From Eledone cirrhosa (lineage: Eukaryota), in contig OZ024760.1 in NCBI GenBank assembly GCA_964016885.1, positions 4,402,001 to 4,466,000 of the forward strand: a DNA stretch of 64,000 nt, in the 5' to 3' direction. Positions 1-14,800 of the stretch are shown here, in pieces (position 1 is the stretch's first letter; each line of letters starts with the position of its first letter). Under the pieces are notes generated by a model, which was not told the origin of the DNA, ran no database searches, and saw nothing but the letters and a program-made list of their open reading frames with translations. Made by a program: the position numbers and the translations under genes.

Positions 1-2257
1 CTAGCAATTTAACCGGTCCGTCCGTCCAGCGTCCGACGACGCTGTTGGACGGCATGGACCTGCCTCTCCAGGTGCCGAGCTGCAGGCCCACTGACTTTTC
101 CTGGTTGATCATTGCTCCTGTCACCGCTTCGTATTCTCTTAGTGTAGTGCCGATCGCCTCGATGTGTTTGGCGTTCGACACCACTGCGGTGACATCGTCC
201 GCATATGCTGACACGGATCTTCCGCATCCTAGTTCGCGCGGGACTCCCCTCAACGTCTCCAGTTTGTGCAGTAATGGCTCGAGAGTCAATACGTACAAGA
301 GGGACGAGAGGGGACATCCTTGGCGGACCGAGCGCATGATGTTGAACGGTTCCGACAGGTGACCGTTCACTCTCACCACAGAGCAGATGTCGCTGTGCAT
401 GGCAGCGATCCAGCCTCTGAAGACGGGCCCAAAGCCAGCCGCCCTCAGGACTGCCGCTAGGTAACGATGGTCGACCCTATCGAAAGCTTTCGACTGATCT
501 AAATTGATCAAGGACCCACCCGTGCCAGGTTCCTTAGCTACCCTCTCTATGATGTATCGCATGAGGTGGAGGTTGTCCTGGATGGATCTGTCGGGAATGG
601 CGCATGTCTACGCCTCTCCCACCAGACCACCAACGACAAGCGCCAACCTCTTTGCTAGCACCTTGGCCAAAATCTTGAACTCTGTGTTTAGCAGAGTTAT
701 GGGCCGGAAATTGTCTATGTTATCCCCCTTGTTCGGATCCTTTCTCAGCAGTGCCACCGCTCCTCGGCTCACAGAACTGGGAATTCTCCCGTTCTGTTGC
801 CAGTTGCAGTAGACGTCCGCCAAGAGGCCTCCGAACAAGTCTGGCATCTGTACGTAAAGTTCATAGGGCAGACCATCCAAACCAGGCGATTTACCCCTTG
901 TGCAGCCAGTCATTGCCTCCCTTACTTCAGCGGCTGTTATCGGCTTTTCGCAACACTTCGCCTCAGTGGCCGAGAGCTGCGGCAGTCCGTCGAGGTAGAC
1001 ACTAAAGTCCATCCCTCTACCCGGCCCACCGCTGCCCCCGAACAGCTGAGCGAAGTGTCGCTGAAAAGCTTCACACATTTGCCCGGGATCGAGTAGCATG
1101 CGCCCGTCGTGGTCCACCAAAGACCGGATCGTGGCTTTGTTGCCACGACGCGCCTCCGCCACTCGGGCCCATTGAACGGCTATCGTCCCCTCGTGTCTGA
1201 GAGCACGCACCCTTGCTCTGACAACGCAGCCTTCGTGCTTTGCATTGAAGAATTGGTCAAGGGTCAATTTCGCCGCAAGCACGTCGGTCGCAATGCCTTT
1301 GCTAAGCGCCTCGTCTAATTTTTTAACTAGTTCTCCCTCTGCTCTATTTTTCTCTATTGCTAAAGCCTTACTAAACCTAATCGATTCTATTCTAATCGCT
1401 CTTTTCAGAGCAAACCACCACTTGTTGTTGACGATGGCCCCCGTCAACGCCCGCTTAACTAGTTCGCTAATCCGGTCTCTGTAGGCCTTGCGCGCTGGTA
1501 AGGACGCGTTTAGCTTCCAGTAGCCGAGTCCTCGTCTATGAAGCCTATCTAAGTCAAGCACACAGATCACGAATTTGTGGTCCGTGTAGCTGACTATCTT
1601 GAATTGTGGACAGCCTATGCTAGACCTATCTATTTCCCTACAAAATACTCTATCTAGATATGATCTGGATGACCCTATGCGGTTTGTCCAAGTCCACATT
1701 GGCACATTCGGGAAATCCAATCGGTACCTGTCAGACAGTTCAAAACGCCTGAGCAGGTTGGTGAGGCTCTTGCACCCTCCACCCCTATCCGCTAATCCCA
1801 CACAGTCCCAGCGTGCATCTAAGATCCCGTTCCAGTCGCCCACTAATACTAAAGAGCGGGACGTTCCAAGAAAGGTCTCCAGACGCCGGAAGAAATCAGG
1901 CCGCCCTGCTCCTGTCGGGGCATAAACGGCCACTAGCCTGAAAGCTTGCCCGTCTCCGCTGGTCACGTCCAGCACCACCAGCTTACCCTCTGGGTCCAGG
2001 AAGATGGCCCGTATGGCGAGATCCAAACCTCTCCGAAAAAGCACAGCAACTCCTCCACCCGATCCAGGACGGCTGGGAGATGCGTACACATCGTAGCCGC
2101 CGAAGATCGGTGCGAAGGCCCGTGCTTCGGAGATTCTGGTCTCGCTGATGGCCACTACATCTATGTTTAGTGACCTGAGGTCGTTGAGCAGGTGACCCTG
2201 CTTCCATGACGACCCCAAGCCACGCGCATTTATGCTGCCTATTCTGAGTGAGGTCAT
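1..2257 (-). pseudogene. LINE ORF2 (APE endonuclease + reverse transcriptase) with an in-frame TAG at 608-610
   Basis: ATG at 2257 (MTSLRIGSINARG). APE motifs ISET, VYAP, GDWN, LDR, TDH. RT motifs KSPGLDG and FRPITLLN. After the stop the same frame continues with LDQSKAFDRV, VRQGCPLS and YADD (194-205). Confidence 0.92.
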
Positions 2258-2292
2258 GTTTAAAATAGAGTGGAAAAGATGGGAAAGACCAC

Positions 2293-3957
2293 TTACCGTA
2301 CTTTTGGTAGAGGAGGGATGGTTTTTACATCCCTTTTCACTTGATCGTCTGGTGAAGGGACCGTTGAATCGTCCCTTCGGCTGGTCGTCGGCTCTTCTAA
2401 GAGAATGTCTGAATATACTCTTCGATTTCTTTCCTCCCTTTTCAAAGGCGACGATGCGCTGCTTCTGCGTTTGTGCCTTCTTACGACCTTTTGCCATCCC
2501 TCTCCCACCTCACACCCCATGTCTGATTCTGTGAGGTCGGGGAGGGGTACCAGCTCCACTCTTTCACTTGTTGTTGTTGGTGATGTTTGCACTGGAGTCT
2601 CTGTTGCAGCTGCATTTGGTATTGCTGTTGTTGTTGTTAATATTTCCACTGCTGCTGCTGTTTTTGATTTCCGTGGAGTGGGTATGGGTGCCACGGACCT
2701 ATCGTTCCTGGTTGCCGCTTGTCCTGTTGCTGGTAGCCGTGGAGCCGGATTCGGAAGGAGGGGGGTTTTCTCCTTTCTCAGGGTCTTCTCGTTGCAGAAG
2801 GCCCTGAGGTGAGTCTTCGATCCACAGCGAAAGCATTTCGGGCGTTTGCCCTCAACACTTATGGGCAGTTGAGTGCCGTTATCGAAGTCTATCACATCCG
2901 GGATAGCTTCGATGCACTCCTGGTTGGTTTGGATTAGCATCTCAATGGAGGTGCCTACCCAATCTTCTCTTACTTTTTTCTGTACTTGCAGTACAGTTGT
3001 TTTGTCCTCGATTCCGACGAGGACAGACGCGGCCAGCCAAGAAGGGGCCATTCCGGGGGGGACGTGGGTCAGTTTGACCCTCACAATTTTTTGCCCGCAG
3101 TAGGAGGGCACCAACACCATTTCCTCGCTCCTTAGGGTCACTACTGATTGGGCCTTTGCCTCCTGGGGTGTGGCAAAAAGTACGTCTACGGTGGCATATT
3201 TTTTGCCTCGGGTGATGTGCGTTTTCCGCTGCCACACAGACCCCAAGGCTTTTTGTATTTGGGCCTCTGTGGCTCTTTCCACCCTACGGGATTTTGTACT
3301 TACTGTACGGTACGTGACCGTACAGTGCTCTTGGGTTTCGAAAAATTTTTCCGCTGCCTTGCAGATTGCTCGGTGTCCATTCTTTGTCACCATCTTCTTC
3401 GCTTCCTCTAATTCCTCATTTGTTATGAGGATTGTTTCCAAGTTTTTCGCAATACCTGCAAATGAGATTGGTTTTTCTCTGCTGCTGCTGTTGTTGTTGT
3501 CGTCAGAGCTGCTGGTACTTTTGTTGTTGCTGCAGGTACTACGACTACTGCCTCCGCCGCTGTTGCTGTGGTTGTTGTTGGTGTTGCTGCTGCTAATGCT
3601 GTTGTTGTTTATGCTGCTGGTGATGCTGTTGCGGCTGCTACTGTTGTTTTCATTGTCACTGTTGCTGTTGTTATTACGGCTGCTATTGCTATTATTCCTG
3701 ACGTCAGACGAATGAACTGGGTTTTCGTATTTCCCGCACACCTGTTTCGTCGCTGTCGTCGTCGTCGTGGAGAAACCTTGCACGCTTTGCACGAGACTTT
3801 TCTTTTCTTTCGTCACTTGCGAAAGAGAAGGGAGGGAGAGAGACACATTTAAAGAAGGGAGGGAGAGAGACAATCTTCTCTCTGCTGTAGTGATGATTGA
3901 GGAAGGAGAAGACGGAATGAGTGGGAGTGACGTATGAAATTTCTTTTTCGTAGCCAT
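2293..3957 (-). CDS. LINE ORF1p (gag-like nucleic-acid-binding protein)
   Basis: Open 554-aa ORF with a CCHC zinc knuckle CFRCGSKTHLRAFC, an N/S low-complexity N-terminal region and a basic C-terminus. Lies directly upstream of ORF2. Confidence 0.85.
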   Translation of the reverse strand: MATKKKFHTSLPLIPSSPSSIITTAERRLSLSLPSLNVSLSLPSLSQVTKEKKSLVQSVQGFSTTTTTATKQVCGKYENPVHSSDVRNNSNSSRNNNSNSDNENNSSSRNSITSSINNNSISSSNTNNNHSNSGGGSSRSTCSNNKSTSSSDDNNNSSSREKPISFAGIAKNLETILITNEELEEAKKMVTKNGHRAICKAAEKFFETQEHCTVTYRTVSTKSRRVERATEAQIQKALGSVWQRKTHITRGKKYATVDVLFATPQEAKAQSVVTLRSEEMVLVPSYCGQKIVRVKLTHVPPGMAPSWLAASVLVGIEDKTTVLQVQKKVREDWVGTSIEMLIQTNQECIEAIPDVIDFDNGTQLPISVEGKRPKCFRCGSKTHLRAFCNEKTLRKEKTPLLPNPAPRLPATGQAATRNDRSVAPIPTPRKSKTAAAVEILTTTTAIPNAAATETPVQTSPTTTSERVELVPLPDLTESDMGCEVGEGWQKVVRRHKRRSSASSPLKREERNRRVYSDILLEEPTTSRRDDSTVPSPDDQVKRDVKTIPPLPKVR

Positions 3958-4943
3958 GTTGTTTTTTTGTTTAAAATGAATATTGGGTACAAAACCCCAA
4001 TAACTGGTTATTTAACCCCGAAGGGCCAAATAACGGACAGAAAGACCCCTCTCACGAGGAGGAGGGTGTCTTTATCAACAATTTGGTTCAAGTTTTAAAC
4101 AATTTACAATTGTTTTAACGGTTAAAAATTACTATACCTTACAGAGCCGAGCCTCCGTCAACCATGGCATTCAATAATAATAATAATAATGATGCCTTCT
4201 AATTGATCTATCAATCCTAACAGACGACAATGCAGTAAGTTTATATTTTGTGTCAACTACTATCATATATGATCTTACTCGTAAAATGTTAAAAATAGCC
4301 ATTATATTACAAATACCAATCAAACTCGGAGAATATCAAGCACTGGGTCAAAACCAAGGCCTATGAGAAGTGGTCCAGCCGGTACTTTGTTCCAGAATCC
4401 AAGAGCTAACAAGGCCCCACAGCAACCATGCAACATCCATTTTGAGAAAAATATTTGCCTGCTTCGGGCCCCAAGGGGATCTTGTACCGCCTTGTGAAAT
4501 TTCTCTTGGGGGTCCTGGTCGAGACACATGCCCCCAAAGATTTGTGCAGTTTCTAAAATGTCCTTAACATAAACCCTGGTCCTCCGTGAATGCAAACTTC
4601 CAATCTCCAGGCCACTGGTGTTGCTCAAGCGAAAGGCAAAGGCCGCTATAGTTTGGCACCAATGACATTACAACCAAATTCAGAACACAAATGATTGAAA
4701 GAAATGTCGTCCGCAAAACATCATGTCTGATGCTCTAACAATTCCGTTAACCAAGCCCCTCAGACTGGTACTTTAGTTATCACATTCCACCCATGCCCCC
4801 TAAGAAAAATGAAAAGCAGAGTAGACCACGTCAGGACTTGAACACGCAGCGTGAGAGAGAGAGAGAGCCGGAGCAAATGCAGTGAAGCATTTAATTCAAA
4901 AAACTAACGGGGCTGTAACTTCGCCAATTTAGCAGTTTTTACT

Positions 4944-5708
4944 GTGTGTGTGTATAGTGTGCCTTACTTTGTATATGTATATATGTATGTTTGTATATGT
5001 ATATGTATATTTGTATATCTATCTATATATATATATATACTGTATATATATACATGTGTGTGTGTGTGTAAGTGTGTATGTCTGTGCGTGTATGTAGTGT
5101 TTGAGGTCTACGTTGTACATGTATATGTGTGTGTGAGAGAGAGAGAGAGTGTGTGTGTAAGAGAGAGAGTGTGTGTATGTGTGATTGTGTGTGTGTGTGT
5201 CTGTGTATCTGTATGTGTGTTGGTGTATGAGTGTGTGTGTATCTGTGTGTGTATGAGTGTGTGTGTGTATGTCTGTCTGTGTGTGAGTGTATGTGTGAGT
5301 GTATATGTGTGTGTCTGTATGTGTGTATGTGTGTGAGTGTATGTCTGTCTGTGTGTGAGTGTATGTGTGTGTATGTGTGTGAGTGTATGTCTGTCTGTGT
5401 GTGAGTGTATGTGTATGTGTGAGTGTATGTGTGTGTAATGTGTCTTGAGGTCTACACTGTATTGTTATACTCTGTTGCATGTGTCATATGATGACATGTA
5501 TATTTAAGTGTGTATTCTAGTGTGTGTGTGTGAAAACACACCCATATGCGTGCGTGAATGCGTGCATGAGTGTATGTGTGTGTGTGTATGAATGTAGTGT
5601 GTTGCGATTGGTGGAAAACTTGTTACGTCAGCATTATGTTTAGCGAATTGATTTAGTTTCGTAAGAGGGGGAGAGGTTAAAAGGTCATGAGGGAAGAGAG
5701 ATGAACGA

Positions 5709-5768
<60 letters not shown>

Positions 5769-6408
5769 AAAGAAAGAAGGAAAGTATGTAAGGAAAGAAA
5801 GGTGTGCAAAAAAAAAAAAAATGAAAGAATTAATGAATGAAAAAAAAAATAAACATAAAGGTTCAAAGAGAAGCCAAAAAAAACCCCAAAAGCGATATTG
5901 GGACATAGAGAAGAAAAGCTTAAAAACGAAAGTGAAAGTAGAACGGAGGGGGGTGGTTAGAGAAGGAGAAAGGAGAGAGGGAGACAGAGAGAGAGAAGGG
6001 GTGATAGAGAAAGAGAGAGAGAGAGAGAAGGGCTGATAGAGAAGGAAAGGAAGAGAAGAGAAAGGAAGAAGAAAAGGAGAGAGATAGGGAGAGAAGGATA
6101 GAGAGAGAAGAAGAGACTGAGGGAGAGGAGAGGGACAGAAAGAGAGAGAAGGGGTGATAGAGAAGGAGAGGAAGAGAATAAGAGAAAGATAGGAGGAGGA
6201 GAGAAGGGGAGAGATATGAGAGGATAGAGAAGAGAAAGAGAAAAAGAGACGGGGGAGAGAGAGAGAGAGAAAGAGTGTGAAAGAGAGGACTGAATTATAA
6301 GAATAGGGTACAATTTGGGGGGAGGGGCGGAGGGTATATTCTATCTGGGTACCTGTGGGTGTGTGATTGTATGTTTATGTGCGTGTTTGTGTGTGTATGT
6401 GTTTGTGT

Positions 6409-6449
<41 letters not shown>

Positions 6450-6710
6450 TATAATGGTGCTTGTGTGTGTGTCTTCTGTGTTTGAATGAATGTAACAGTG
6501 TGTGAGAGGGGGGGGAGAGGGATTATTAAAGATTTTGTGGTACGTATTGTATGTATATGTGTGCATACAAGAGATAGTGTACGTGGGAGAGAGAGAGAGG
6601 GAGTGGGTGTGTGTGCGCTTATGGGTGACTGTGTAACAGAGACAGAAAGAGGTAGAGAGATGGTGAGACAATGAGAGGGGGAGAAGGAGAGAGAGAGAAA
6701 TGATGTACAT
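4944..6710. repeat. Compound microsatellite region: (TG)n/(TA)n, (GAAA)n, (GA)n
   Basis: Directly visible simple repeats; the overlapping ORFs are low-complexity artefacts. Confidence 0.95.
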
Positions 6711-6883
6711 ACTGTTTAAGTGTACTTACATCGAATAGTTAAAAACTTTACTTCGTTATCCCGGGTTCGGTCCCACTTGCGTGGCTACTTAGCAGACCTG
6801 TCAACTCTCCCCGTCCGACGGGGAGATCACCCACCCACTTTGGGGTGGGTGAGAGATGTCTTCTCTTGTGAAAACGGGTAAAG

Positions 6884-6970
6884 CTTTCATTCCTTACGGG
6901 GTCGATAAAATAAAGTACCAGTAATACACTGGGTAATTGCTGGCCTTGTGCCAAAAGTAGAAACAATTAT
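6884..6970 (+). mobile_element. tRNA-derived SINE family 1, 3' fragment
   Basis: ctttcat.ccttacggggtcgataaaataaagtaccagtaat...gccttgtgccaaaagtagaaacaattat, near-identical to the full copy at 39175. Confidence 0.85.
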
Positions 6971-7874
6971 GTAAAATCTCCCCATTTTGCCTCATTTTTC
7001 TCCGTTTTGTGGCACTTTTTTTCATGATACTTCCCGCTTGGGTTTTTAGAAGTCGGCAGGTCTGTCATAGGCACGTGTCTTTTATCACAGACTCACGTCG
7101 ATCCGAGCCTTGTGAATGAAACTTGGTTGACAGAAACTGTGCAGAAGCCCGTTAGATATATTGGACTTGTAATTCAAAGGTGTTGTCTTATCACATGTTT
7201 TATTGCACTGATCGTGTCGGTGGTTTACTTTAACCCTTTAGCATTTAAACTGGCCGTATCCGACCAGAATTATCTCACCTCTTTCTGTTCAACCTGGCTA
7301 TAACCGGCGGCTCATACTTTTGTTAAGGTATTGTTCTCAAAATAGAAATCGAAATCTCGTAGATTCGATATTATGTGAGATAAAGCCTTTACCGTGAAAA
7401 TACAATAGTAAATATAGAATAATGTAAATGTTAAACGGCTAAGGTTACACGTACCTTGGAATACTCAACCACTTTACAAGATGGATTGAACTTGTAATTC
7501 AAAGGTATGTCTTGTGTGGGAGAGGTTTCTTTAAGGTTACACGTGCCTTTCGAAAGGCCAGCCTTACTTAACACATTCTGTGTCACGCCGAATCTCCCTG
7601 AGAACTACGTACATTAAGGGTACGCGTGTTTGTGGAATGCTCAGCTACTTGCACGTTAATTTCACGAGCAGGCGGTTCCGTTGTTCTGATCAACTGGAAC
7701 ACTCGTCATCGTCGTAACCGACGGAGTCTCTTCCAAATGTGTCTGTGCGTGACAGGGGGAGTGGGAGAGGGTATGTGGGAGTGAAAGTGGGAGGAATGAA
7801 GGGTAGTGAAGGGGGGTGTTAGCTTTCTTTAGAGGTATTAATCCTTGATTTGAGTCACATAGAATGACTAACTG

Positions 7875-8750
7875 ACACACACACACTCACACACACACCT
7901 ACACACACACACACCCCTACCCAATCTCCATCTCACCTACCTCATCAAACGCCCCTCCTACCTCACCTATACAATATCTCTACCCGCAATCCACCTACCT
8001 CCACCTCCAACTTCACCATCACTACCACCAGAACCACCACCATCGTTGCCTATCGCACACATACACACACATACATACACAGACACATATACATACGCAT
8101 ACGTACATATGCAGACACATATACATACATGGGTACGTATACATACACTTACATACACGCACACACAAACATATGCATATACAAGCATATACACACAAAC
8201 GCATACACATATGCACACAAATATGCATACACAGAGACACACACACATATGCATACACAGACAGACACACACATATGCATACACATACATACGTACATAT
8301 GCATACACATACGTACATATACATACACATATATACACATACATTCACATATACACAGATATATACGCAATAGACACATATACACACATACACAGATATA
8401 CACACATATATATGCATACACATATATACACATACATTCACACATACACAGATATACACGCATATACACACACATATATATATATATACACACACATACA
8501 CATATTCATACACGTTCTTATACACATATACACATTTATACACATCTATACATACATATACACACATACAAGATATACACACATATATCTACACACATAT
8601 ATACACACATACACATATTCATACACGTTCTTATACACACATGCATACCTACACATTTATACAAACATATACACATCTATACATATACACATAGATATAT
8701 ACACATACATATACATAGAGATACACATATATATACATACAGACACTTAA
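7875..8750. repeat. (CA)n/(CATA)n degenerate microsatellite
   Basis: Directly visible. Confidence 0.95.
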
Positions 8751-8838
8751 CCACTCCTGCTCTCGTCATCCTTCCATCAAATTTCCCCCCCACTCATGGT
8801 CCTCTTGGCGATAATCCGGCTTTATCTCAGTCATCCGA

Positions 8839-11800
8839 CCACCACCACAACCATCACCACCACCTCCCCGACAGAATCATTATCACCATCACCACAACCG
8901 TCACCACCACAACCATCACCACCACCACAAACATCACCACCACAACCAGCACCACCACAACCATCATCACCACCACAACCAGCACCACCACCACAACCAT
9001 CACCGCCACAACCAGTACCACCACAACCATCACCACCACAACCATCACCACCACCACAAACATCACCACCACAACCAGTACCACCACAACCATCACCACC
9101 ACAACCATCACCACCACCACAAACATCACCACCACAACCAGTACCACCACAACCATCACCACCACAACCAGTACCACCACAACCATCACCACCACAACCA
9201 TCACCACCACCACAACCAGCACCACCACAACCATCACCACCACCACAACCATCACCACCACCACAATCATTACCACCACAACCAGCACCACCACCACAAC
9301 CATCACCGCCACAACCAGCACCGCCATAACCATCACCACCACCAAAACAATCACCACCACCATAACCATCACCACCACAACCAGCACCACCACCACAAAC
9401 ATCACCACCACAACCATCACCACCATAACCAGCACCACCACAACCACCACCACCACCACAACCAGCACCACCACAACCAGCACCACCACAACCATCACCA
9501 CCACAACCATCACCAGCACCACAACCAGCACCACCACAACCATCATCACCACCACCATCATTACCACCAAAACCAGCACCACCACCACAACCATCACAAC
9601 CACAACCATCACCACCACCAAAACAATCACCACCACCATAACCATCGCCACCACAACCAGCACCCCCACCACAACCATCACCACCACAACCATCACCACC
9701 ACAACCAGCACCACCACAACCATCACCACCACAACCATCACCACCACCACAGCCAGCATCACCACAACCATCACCACCACCACAACCAGCACCACCACAA
9801 CCATCACCACCACCACAACCATCATCACCACCACAACCAGCACCACCACAACCATCACCACCACCACAACCATCTCCACCACCACAACCATCACCACCAC
9901 CATAACCAGCACTACCATCACCACCACCACAACCATCACCACCACAACCAGCACCACCACAACCATCTCCACCACCACAACCATCACCACACCACAACCA
10001 GCACCACCACAACCATCACCACCACAACCATCACCAACACAACCATCACCACCACCACAACCATCACCACCACAACCATCACCACCACCACCACAACCAG
10101 CACCACCACAACCATCACCACCACCACCACCACCACAATCATCACCACCACAACAAACAGCATCACCACCACAACCAGCACCACCACAGCCATCACCACC
10201 ACTAACAGCACCACCACAACCATCACCACCACCACAACCATCACCACCACAACCATCACCACCACCACAACCATCACCACCACCACAACCATCAGCACCA
10301 CAATCATCACCACCACCACAACCATCACCACCGCCACAACCATCACCACCACAACCATCACCACCACAACCATCACCACCACCACAACCATCACCACCAC
10401 CACCACAACCAGCACCACCACTACCATCACCACCACCACCACCACCACCACAATCATCACCACCACCACAAACAGCATCACCACCACAACCAGCACCACC
10501 ACAGCCATCACCACCACAAACAGCACCACCACGATCATCACCACGACCACAACCATCACCACCACCACAACCATCACCACCACAACCATCACCACCACCA
10601 CAACCATCACCACCACAACCATCACCACCACCACAACCATCACCACCACAATCATCACCACCACCACAACCATCACCACCACCACAACCATCACCACCAC
10701 AACCATCACCACCACAACCAGCACCACCACAACCATCACCACCACCACCACAACCAGCACCACCACAACCATCACCACCACCACCACCACCACCACCACA
10801 ATCATCACCACCACCACAAACAGCATCACCACCACAACCAGCACCACCACAGCCATCACCACCACTAACAGCACCACCACAATCATCACCACCACCACAA
10901 CCATCACCACCACCACAACCATCACCACCACAACCATCACCACCACCACAACCATCACCACCACCACAACCATCACCACCACAATCATCACCACCACCAC
11001 AACCATCACCACCACCACAACCATCACCACCACAACCATCACCACCACAACCATCACCACCACCACCACCACCACCACAATCATCACCACCACCACAACC
11101 ATCACCACCACCACAACCAGCACCACCACAACCAGCACCACCACAACCAGAACAACCACAACAACCAGCACCACCACTACCATCGCCACCACCACAACCA
11201 TCACCACCCCAACCATCACCACCACGACCATCACCACCACCACAACCAGCACCACCACCATATCATCAGCACCACAACCAGCACCACCACCACAACCATC
11301 ACCACCACAACCATCACCACAACCAGCACCACCACAACCATCACCACCACAACCAGTACCACCACAACCATCACCACCACAACCATCACCAGCACCACAA
11401 CCAGCACCACCACAACCATCACCACCACCACAACCAACACCACCACAATCATTACCACCAAAACCAGCACCACCACCACAACCATCACCACCACACCAGC
11501 ACCACCACAACCATCACCACCACCAAAACAATCACCACCACCATAACCATCACCACCACAACCAGCACCACCACCACAACATTCACCACCACAACCAGCA
11601 CCACCACAACCATCACCACCACAACCAGCACCACCACAACCATCACCACCACAGCCAGCATCACCACAACCATCACCACCACCACAACCAGCACCACCAC
11701 AACCATCACCACCACCACAACCATCATCACCACCACAACCAGCACCACCACAACCATCACCACCACAACCATCACCACCACCACGACCAGCACCACTACA

Positions 11801-14800
11801 ACCATCACCACCACAACCAGTACCACCACAACCATCACCACCACAACCATCACCACCACCACAATCAGCACCACCCCAACCATCACCACCACCACAACCA
11901 TCACCACCACCATATCATCACCACCACAACCAGCACCACCATAACCAGCACCACCACCACAACCAGCACCACCACAACCATCACCACCACCACAACTACC
12001 ACCACCACCACCATCACCACCATAACCATCACCACCACAACCATCACCACCACCACAACCAGCACTACCACAACCATCACCACCAAAACGATCACCACCA
12101 CCACAGCCAGCATCACCACAACCATCACCACCACCACAACCAGCACCACCACAACCATCACCACCACCAAAACCAGCACCACCACAACCAGCACCACCAC
12201 AACCAGCACCACCACAACCATCACCACCACCACAACCATCACCACCACAACCATCACCACCATAACCATCACCACCACAACCAGCACCACCACATCCATC
12301 ACCACTACAACCATCACCACCACAACCAGCACCACCACAACCATCACCACCACAACCATCACCAGCACCACAACCAGCACCACCACAACCATCACCACCA
12401 CAACCATCACCACCACCACAGCCATCACCACCACTAACAGCACCACCACAACCATCATCACCACAACCATCACCACCACAACAACCAGCACCACCACAAC
12501 CATCGCCACCACCACAACCATCACCACCACAACCATCACCACCACCCCAACCAGCACCACCACAACCATCACCACCACCACAACCAGCACCACCACAACC
12601 AGCACCACCACAACCATCACCACCACCACAACCATCACCACCACAACCAGTACCACCACAACCATCACCACCACCACAACCATCACCACCACCACAACCA
12701 GCACCACCACAACCATCACCACCACCACAACCAACACCACCACCACAATCATTACCACCACAACCAGCACCACCACCACAACCATCACCACCACAACCAG
12801 CACCACCACAACCATCACCACCACAACCAGCACCACCACAACCATCACCACCACCACAGCCAGCATCACCACAACCATCACCACCACCACAACCAGCACC
12901 ACCACAACCATCACCACCACCACAACCATCATCACCACCACAACCAGCACCACCACAACCATCACCACCACCACAGCCAGCATCACCACAACCATCACCA
13001 CCACCACAACCAGCACCACCACAACCATCACCACCACCACAGCCAGCATCACCACAACCATCATCACCACCACAACCATCACCACCACAACCAGCACCAC
13101 CACAACCATCACCACCACCACGACCAGCACCACTACAACCATCACCACCACAACCAGTACCACCACAACCATCACCACCACAACCATCACCACCACCACA
13201 ATCAGCACCACCGCAACCATCACCACCACCACAACCATCACCACCACCATATCATCACCACCACAACCAGCACCACCACAACCAGCAACACCACCACAAC
13301 CAGCACCACCACAACCATCACCACCACCACAACTACCACCACCACAACCATCACCACCATAACCATCACCACCACAACCATCACCACCACCACAACCAGC
13401 ACCACCACAACCATCACCACCACAACCATCACCACCACCACAGCCAGCATCACCACAACCATCACCACCACCACAACCAGCACCACCACAACCATCACCA
13501 CCACCAAAACCATCACCACCACAACCAGCACCACCACAACCAGCACCCCCACAACCATCACCACCACCACAACCATCACCACCACAACCATCAGCATCAT
13601 AACCATCACCACCACAACCAGCACCACCACATCCATCACCACCACCACGACCAGCACCACCACAACCATCACCACCACAACCATCACAACTAAAACCATC
13701 ACCACCACCACAACCAGCACCACCACAACCATCACCAGCACAGCCATCACCACCACCACAACCAGCACCACCACAACCATCAGCACCACCACAACCATCA
13801 TCACCACCACAACCAGCACCACCACAACCATCACCACCACCACAACCATCACCACCACAACCATCACCACCACCATAACCAGCACTACCACAACCATCAC
13901 CACCATCACAACCATCACCACCACAACCAGCACCACCACAACCATCTCACCACCACAACCAGCACCACCACAACCATCACCACACCACAACCATCACCAC
14001 CACAACCATCACACCACCACAACCATCACCACCACCACAACCATCACCACCACCACCACAACCATCACCACCACCACAAACAGCATCACCACAACCATCA
14101 CCACCACAACCATCACCACCACCACAGCCAACACCACCACTAACAGCACCACCACAACCATCACCACCACAACCATCACCACCACAACCATCACCACCAC
14201 AACAACCAGCACCACCACAACCATCGCCAGCACCACAACCATCACCACCACCACAACCATCACCACCACCCCAACCAGCACCACCACAACCATCACCACC
14301 ACCACAACCATCACCACCACCACAACGATCACCACCACAACCAGTACCACCACAACCATCACCACCACAACCATCACCACCACCACAACCAGCACCACCA
14401 CAACCATCACCACCACCACAATCATTACCACCAAAACCAGCACCACCACCACAACCAGCACCACCACAACCATCATCACCACCAAAACAATCACCACCAC
14501 CATAACCATCACCACCACAACCTGCACCACCACCACAACCATGACCACCACAACCAGCACCACCACAACCATCACCACCACAACCAGCACCACCACAACC
14601 ATCACCACCACAACCATCACTACCACCACAGCCAGCATCACCAAAACCATCACCACCACCACAACCAGCACCAACACAACCATCACCACCACCACAACCA
14701 TCATCACCACCACAACCAGCACCACCACAACCAGCACCACCACAACCATCACCACCACCACAACCATCACCACCACAACCATCACCACCACAACCATCAC

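Larger units (their letters stand above)
1..4172 (-). mobile_element. Tx1/L1-clade non-LTR retrotransposon; 5' part present, 3' end beyond the window start
   Basis: Two-ORF layout: zinc-knuckle ORF1, then APE+RT ORF2. A ~200 bp 5' UTR ends next to an (AAT)n tract at ~4173; the exact 5' boundary is approximate. Confidence 0.9.

Noticed and set aside
2258-2497. Extended N-terminus of LINE ORF2
   Set aside because: It overlaps the ORF1 3' end; APE homology begins at the ATG at 2257.
4944-6710. ORFs rich in CV/HT/ERKK/SL
   Set aside because: Translations of dinucleotide and tetranucleotide microsatellites; the same applies to similar ORFs at 40.7-42.2, 47.5-47.9 and 59.3-61.7 kb.
8129-11944. 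1271-aa plus-strand ORF with His/Thr/Pro tracts
   Set aside because: It starts within a (CATA)n microsatellite and drifts through three repeat phases, with no signal peptide or domain.
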